Assembly: GCA_964016885.1 (NCBI GenBank)
Contig: OZ024744.1
Span: 72,230,001 to 72,294,000, forward strand
From: Eledone cirrhosa
Lineage: Eukaryota
Reading direction: 5' to 3'
Length of the DNA: 64,000 nucleotides
The notes below the pieces were generated by a model, which was given only the letters and a program-made list of their open reading frames with translations, had not been told where the DNA came from and did not search any database. Numbering within the stretch: position 1 is the stretch's first letter; each line of letters begins with the position of its first letter. This document shows positions 56,722-64,000 of the stretch, in pieces. Made by a program: the position numbers and the translations under genes.

Positions 56722-56894
56722 TAAAATAACAGATTAAAGTTTAAGCAAAGAATCGCTGCTTTCACCCTTAACGGGATCTTCTGAAACTAACAAAGTCAAT
56801 CTGTAAACGCAGATTTGTTAGTTTCAGAAGATCCCGTTAAGGGTGAAAGCAGCGATTCTTTGCTTAAACTTTAATCTGTTATTTTAATAAATAT
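56714..56894. repeat. Perfect palindrome with 81-bp arms; each arm carries a hammerhead-like motif (56820-56870 plus, 56738-56788 minus)
   Basis: Arms 56714-56794 and 56814-56894. AGTTT-CAGAAGA-T-CCC(GTTAA)GGG-T-GAAA-GCA..TGC-TT-AAACT. Confidence 0.9.
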
Positions 56895-56976
56895 TTGCTC
56901 TACGGTTCTTATATATTTGATATATATTTTCCTTATCGAGCCCTCTTTGGATTTTAGTCTTCAATTTTATTATTAT

Positions 56977-57084
<108 letters not shown>

Positions 57085-57089
57085 ATATA

Positions 57090-57703
57090 TTCGGGCTGTT
57101 TGTTTACAAACAAACCGAACATTATTATAAATGTTCGGCAAAACCATACATACATATATATATGTGTGCATGTATGTATATATATATACATACTACTGTA
57201 CGTCTGTACCTATACATACTTACATTTAAGTATCAGCCGTACTAAGAGTGAGAAATGAAATTTCGTTTCATTCTTTTCCATTTATCGTTTTCGACTAACT
57301 CACTCGATATGCAAATTTGGCTGCTCGGCCCTTAATATGCATGAGGAAAGTATATACTTTCAAACGTTCAATCATCTGACAGGAAGGTATACGATGCTGA
57401 CGATAGCTAATAAGCTTGAAACTAGTACATCGTTCCTGTGTCAGTGTTGAACAAAAAGGCGACGATGGTTGCCGAACACTGTACGGCTTAATTCGGGCTG
57501 TTTGTTTGTTTACAAACAAATCGAACATTATAATAAATGTTCGGTAAAGCCATACGTACATATATATATGTGTGCATGTATGTATATATATATATATACA
57601 TACTACTGTACGTCTGTATACATATATGTATGTACGTATACATACTTACATTTAAGTATCAGCCGTACTAAGAGTGGGAAATGAAATTTGGTTTCATTCT
57701 TTT

Positions 57704-57706
<3 letters not shown>
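57090..57706 (+). mobile_element. Retrozyme/pLTR-like 1.5-mer: roughly 200-bp direct repeats (period about 400-425) between (TA)n tracts
   Basis: 57090-57281 repeats at 57492-57706; a hammerhead lies in the unique middle. Confidence 0.82.
57391..57433 (+). ncRNA. Minimal type I hammerhead ribozyme
   Basis: ACGATG-CTGACGA-T-AGCT(AATA)AGCT-T-GAAA-CTAG-TA-CATCGT. Helix I can extend via CTGACAGGA/TCCTGTGTCAG (57376-57444). Confidence 0.87.
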
Positions 57707-57780
<74 letters not shown>

Positions 57781-58267
57781 CATAAATACAAACACACGTA
57801 AACATGCAAATGTCCATAGGGCGAAATATACAGAAATATACAAGTATATTCATACAGACGTGCGCTAATACATATATGCATATATATGCTTGTGTGTACC
57901 GACGTATATTTAAGTATATGTATTTGACATATTGCGTATTTGTTCCTGATTAAGATAATTTTTCTGAAACACACATATACATAGATATATTCCATTTTTA
58001 GGTACACATAAAAACATTAACGTGTGTGTGAGCGTGTGTGTGCGTGTGTGTGAGTGTGTGAGTGTGAGTGTGTGAGTGTGGGTGTGTGTGTGTGTGCGTG
58101 TGTGTGTGCGTGTGTGTGTCTATATGTATATATATATATATATACTCTCACACATTAAGAATTCTGTGTAGGTATATAGAAATTAATACTGTTTATAAAG
58201 ATAAGAATCGGGTAGACTGTTTTCATGGTAATGCATTATATATGTATATGTGCGTTCGCGTGCGTGC

Positions 58268-58304
<37 letters not shown>

Positions 58305-58312
58305 TAATGTAC

Positions 58313-58427
<115 letters not shown>

Positions 58428-58436
58428 CATATATAA

Positions 58437-58543
<107 letters not shown>

Positions 58544-58798
58544 GTGTGTGTGTGTGTGTGCGTATATATATATGTATAGTACCTATATTGAAGGTATATG
58601 TAAAATACCTATTACCAGACGATAAATTTCGTGAGCGCGTGAGGTCAGCCAGATAGTCAGCGTTCGTTCGTTATCACAGAGAAGCAAATGAGAAGGAAGA
58701 AGACAAATTAAAGATTGGGAGGGAACGAAGTGTACGGAGAAAGGAAGTGGAAAAGAGTGGGGGTAAAGATAATGATGGAATTGAGATATACACACGTG

Positions 58799-58835
<37 letters not shown>

Positions 58836-58853
58836 ATATATATATATATATAC

Positions 58854-58913
<60 letters not shown>

Positions 58914-58984
58914 TCACACACATGTATATTATATATATGCTGTGTGAATATCTATGTATCTATCTATCTATCTCTCTCTCTCTT

Positions 58985-59020
<36 letters not shown>

Positions 59021-59631
59021 CATACACAGCATATATATAATATATTTATATATATGTATGTGTATGAGTGTATACAAATATATATATTCCCGTACATGCA
59101 TATATATATAATCATACATACATACATGCATACATACATACATACATACATACATACATACATACATACATACATACATACATACATACATACATACATA
59201 CATAGATACATACATACATACATACACGCATATATGCACCAAAATTGAAAGATGCTTTATAGAAAGGCTTGAAGATAGCAAGAGCAGAACCATGAAATAT
59301 ATATTAATAGCCCTTAAACAGGAGTCAAAATCCCACAATGTGAATTTCTGATATGAAACTAATCAAGGGTACAGAGAGACACGAGGGAAAGTCAACAAAT
59401 GCCATACGAAACACCTTTTCACGAACGTAGAAAATATGACTTCATTCTGGATGTCAATATAAAAGTGAAGAAAAACAGCTTCACCAGGATTTTGCGGGGC
59501 TAAAAGAAATCCAGATGAAGTATTGTTATTGCATTGCACCAAAAATACACAAAATCAATGGTGATAGTCTTGGGACTGAGATAGAAGAACTGCAAGATAG
59601 GAAATAAACAGGAAAATATTTGATAATCGAT

Positions 59632-59960
59632 TACTTGTCTTCTTCTTGTGCCATCAGTGTATCAGTGTTTAACGAACCATGACGTTCAGCGCTGTTCGAT
59701 TTCAGGCGAGATCCCATACATCTGCGGCTTTGATGTTGAAATTGTCGAAAAAGGATCTCCTTTCACAACCTCTGGGACGCTACCCTGGAATATTTCCGTT
59801 AATGGAAAGTTCTTCCAGCATGCCTTTCCTGGTGGCATGTCCTAGGAACATTAGTTGTTTATTTTTAATAGTGAGCAGTATCTCACATTCCAGTATTTCA
59901 CGGTTACTGGTACAAAAACAATATTCTATCATCCTCTAAACTAACAACCTCTCAGTGATC
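59632..59960 (-). mobile_element. RTE/RTE-X LINE 3' fragment
   Basis: Minus translation QLMFLGHATRKGMLEELSINGNIPG*RPRG; tail GGCACAAGAAGAAGA. Confidence 0.7.
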
Positions 59961-60419
59961 ATATCAATATAGGATGTTGGCTGGCATTAGCAGAAACACG
60001 TTGCAATCTAGTGCATGAAATGTATATAGTCTATGTGAACTTATTCCTCCGGGATCACTGTGATATTAACAAGTTCAATTTAGCTGAACAAGCAGCGCAT
60101 TGAGAAACTTCTTAATCAACAAATCTGTGATGTCAGAGGTGTCACACCACAGAAAGTATTTGATTACATTTTGTCTGAATTAGAAAAAAAGCATTAGAAC
60201 CTGTTTTCTATGCGGGCATAGATTTTCTAAACTTTCTAAAACCATAATCATCCATTGACAACATGCCTTCGTTCTGAGCCACCATCCTAAATAAAAATTC
60301 AAGAACTGATAAAATAAAGTATTGTAGAGCTATACATCAATATATACTCTCTGTAAAATGTTGTTTATACTGGCAGTGAAGCTCTGGGGCTGTGAATGGA
60401 GAAAATCTGGAAAATCTGG

Positions 60420-60960
60420 ATGCAGCATGGTTAAACCATTAAAAACATTTACTTCACAATCATTAGGTGCCAGGTTCGATACCACTGAGTGGCATTGTGG
60501 GCAAGTGTCGTATACCATAGCCTCGGGTCGACTCATGCCTTGTGAGTGAAATTTGTTAGACAGACACCCTTTTGAAGACTGTCCGATGGACTGTGCTTAT
60601 AATTAAAAACCCAGCCTTATCACACATTGTCATGCTGAGTCTCACTCGGGTCTCAGCCACTTACATATAAATTTTAAAAGTAACCTATTCCGTTGATCAA
60701 ATGACTGAAACAATGATCGTCGAAACTGACAGAGAAACCTGTTTGTGAATTTAAAATGAAAGCATATACGTGTACCCTTAAACTAAATTCTCAGTGTGAT
60801 TCGGCACGACACAGTGTGTGACAAAGCTGACATTTTGAATTACAGGTACAACTCATTTTTCACAGTTGAGTGGACTGGGTAAACATGAAATAATTGCCGC
60901 CAGGAATCGACCTCACGAACTTACGATAGTGAACTGAATGCCCTAAGCACTAGGTAACGT
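60420..60960. mobile_element. Old tRNA-derived SINE remnants (CORE-like plus-strand copy at 60420-60570; another family on the minus strand at 60780-60955)
   Basis: GGTTCGATACC B-box followed by GGGCAAGTGTC..ATAGCCTCGGGTCGAC..GCCTTGTGAGTG. Minus-strand remnants similar to 14430-14545 and 50940-51060. Confidence 0.55.
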
Positions 60961-61573
60961 CCTTTCTATGACAAATACCTATACACACACATACACACAC
61001 ACATCGCGCGCGCGTACCTACATACGTATATGCATACATACATATATACAAACATACAAGCATACATACACACGCACACATATATATCAAAGCATACATA
61101 CACATCCACACATACAATAACATCCATACGTGCACACACATACATGCATACATGCATACCTGCATACATATCTACCTTGTTGATGTTGTGTAAATTCCAA
61201 TGAAAGAATCTTGTGTCTATGTTAGAAACCGTCTCTCTCTCTATTGGCAAAAATTTGTGAAATTATAAAACCTGATGTACATAATACATACATACATAAA
61301 CCGCAACTTCATTCCTAGAGAAGTCGTAAAAAGGTTAGATGTTCCAATACTTCAAAGACGTGAAGATGAAATATAAAATATATCAAACAAATGAATTTAG
61401 AAACGAAAATAAGAAACTATGCCAGTATTACAGGCCATTATTAGAACGGCTCCTCCACTAGGTGCCTCTACCTGGACCCCGACGGCCTAAAGACACGCAT
61501 ATATGTTAAATGTGTAAAATGTTAAACTTACAATATAAGCTCTCTTGCAATAGTTTGAGCATTGTTTTCCTTG

Positions 61574-62386
<813 letters not shown>

Positions 62387-62392
62387 TATATA

Positions 62393-62484
62393 CGAAAACA
62401 TTCAGGATTCCGACGGCTGAGTTCTGGCGGTTTCGACGGCTGGATCCGAACAGTTCGGATCAGGCTGTCGAAACCGCCGGAGCG

Positions 62485-62488
<4 letters not shown>
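62393..62488. repeat. Imperfect palindrome with hammerhead 3' halves, related to 50531
   Basis: CCGACGGCTGAG..GGCGGTTTCGACGGC..GATCCGAAC-A-GTTCGGATC..GCTGTCGAAACCGCC. Confidence 0.8.
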
Positions 62489-62542
<54 letters not shown>

Positions 62543-62583
62543 CGAATCATAAGACAATTGCATGAACTCATAATCCTTTATTT

Positions 62584-62639
62584 ACTGCTATATATATTTC
62601 GATGATAGCCATTGAATGGCTATGACCTCATCAGGCAGT
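62584..62639 (-). ncRNA. Minimal type I hammerhead ribozyme in a 164-bp (TA)n-flanked element (62539-62702)
   Basis: Minus strand ACTGC-CTGATGA-G..ATAGCCATT/AATGGCTAT..C-GAAA-TATATA-TA-GCAGT. Confidence 0.85.
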
Positions 62640-62698
62640 TAGTCAGTTCTTAGATATGCCAGCTCTGTGTGTATAGTGTTGATGGTATCAGAGCCTTG

Positions 62699-62754
<56 letters not shown>

Positions 62755-62863
62755 CTATCACTTTTTAGGCAAATATTTTTATAACTGATATAAAGCACTC
62801 GACAAGTATTTGGAGCAGATATACGATATTAATAAATGGAAACTATATTTATAAAACCATATT

Positions 62864-62928
62864 TATTTTATTATACATATTTCAAGGATACCATGTTAAA
62901 TTATGGTATGCCTTCATCAGACAAAATA
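62864..62928 (-). ncRNA. Minimal type I hammerhead ribozyme
   Basis: Minus strand TATTTTGT-CTGATGA-AGG(C)ATACCAT..ATGGTATCCT-T-GAAA-TATGTA-TA-ATAAAATA. The adjacent 62772-62830 is also found at about 9650-9712. Confidence 0.75.
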
Positions 62929-63002
62929 CAATATATACCAGTTTTATAAATAAACATTGACGTACCCTTTCAAAATGCAACCGTTACTTTTGGAAGACAT
63001 CA

Positions 63003-63048
<46 letters not shown>

Positions 63049-63534
63049 GTATGTATACATATGTATGTATACAATGTATGTATACGTATGTGTGTATGTG
63101 GATGTGCACATATGTATGTATATGTGTATGCATGTATGCATGTATGAATGTAAACATGTACGCATGTATGTATGCATGTATGTATATATATATATATATG
63201 TGTGTATTTATGTAAATATGTATGTATATATGTATGTATGTATGTATACATGAATATTTGTTATTAATGGTGTCTGCTTGCTTCGCTGTTTCACTTACGG
63301 TATTGTCCTATCGTGGTACTCAAACATAAACCTGTTCAAAAGAACCTTTTGTTGGAAGTGCGTAGAATTTACTATATGTTTATTTATGTATTAGGTAAAC
63401 AGGATTTACATTACAGAAGTACGGTTTCGTTGAATTGGGTATTTTATCAAATATTCACGTCAGCAAGTTCAAAAGAAATATAGTTATAACGTAAACGACA
63501 AGGAATTTTTAAATATGAATTTTATGCGTGTGAG

Positions 63535-63602
<68 letters not shown>

Positions 63603-63719
63603 TATATGAATGTATACATATATGTATACAGAACAAAACACGTCGCTCATCTGTATATGATCGACAGCATCAAAATGAAAAATGAATATTAGTAAATCGC
63701 AAGATTTTTAAAACCTACG

Positions 63720-63800
<81 letters not shown>

Positions 63801-64000
63801 TGGGAAATCTCGATCTGATATTAAAAAAAACACAGAATGGAAACACCAACAAAATAAAGCTTGTCTCGGCAGCAAGGGGCAGCATAGACAAGCAGCAGTC
63901 TGCGGTAGAGCGTTACATATCTTAGGAGACGACACGAGATGTATGTTTACATTTGCTTTCTAATCCTATTGCACTCAGAAAAATGTTACACATACACTAC

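Noticed and set aside
58610-58685. Minus-strand hammerhead-like motif (GTGATAA...GAAA..TC)
   Set aside because: The core is non-compensatory and there is no convincing helix I or III.
60120-60400. Plus-strand RTE-like peptide (VVYTGSEA / LWGCEW)
   Set aside because: Too degenerate to support by eye.

Overview
AT-rich, repeat-saturated animal genomic DNA with no recognisable host gene. The SINE types and microsatellite load suggest a cephalopod (Octopus-like); this is an inference. Left to right it holds: a 6-kb 19-bp satellite; a decayed RNase H-bearing I-group LINE; a (TAA)n hotspot at 16.5-34.5 kb with five R4/Dong RLE-LINE copies (one near full length), Tx1/L1-clade LINEs and many copies of a tRNA-derived SINE; a 2.6-kb 39-bp minisatellite; and MITEs, a Helentron-type element and RTE remnants. 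The main unannotated signal is at 45-63 kb. Short non-coding islands between (TA)n tracts carry about 8 foldable type I hammerhead ribozyme motifs of several unrelated families, plus decayed and half copies, often in 1.5-mer direct repeats or fold-back palindromes (retrozyme or Penelope pLTR-like). One 593-nt unit has two hammerheads with a compensatory U3-A8 core. A second system is a SINE whose 3' end and ATTAT target match the Tx1 LINE. All folds and alignments were done by eye and need computational and experimental confirmation.
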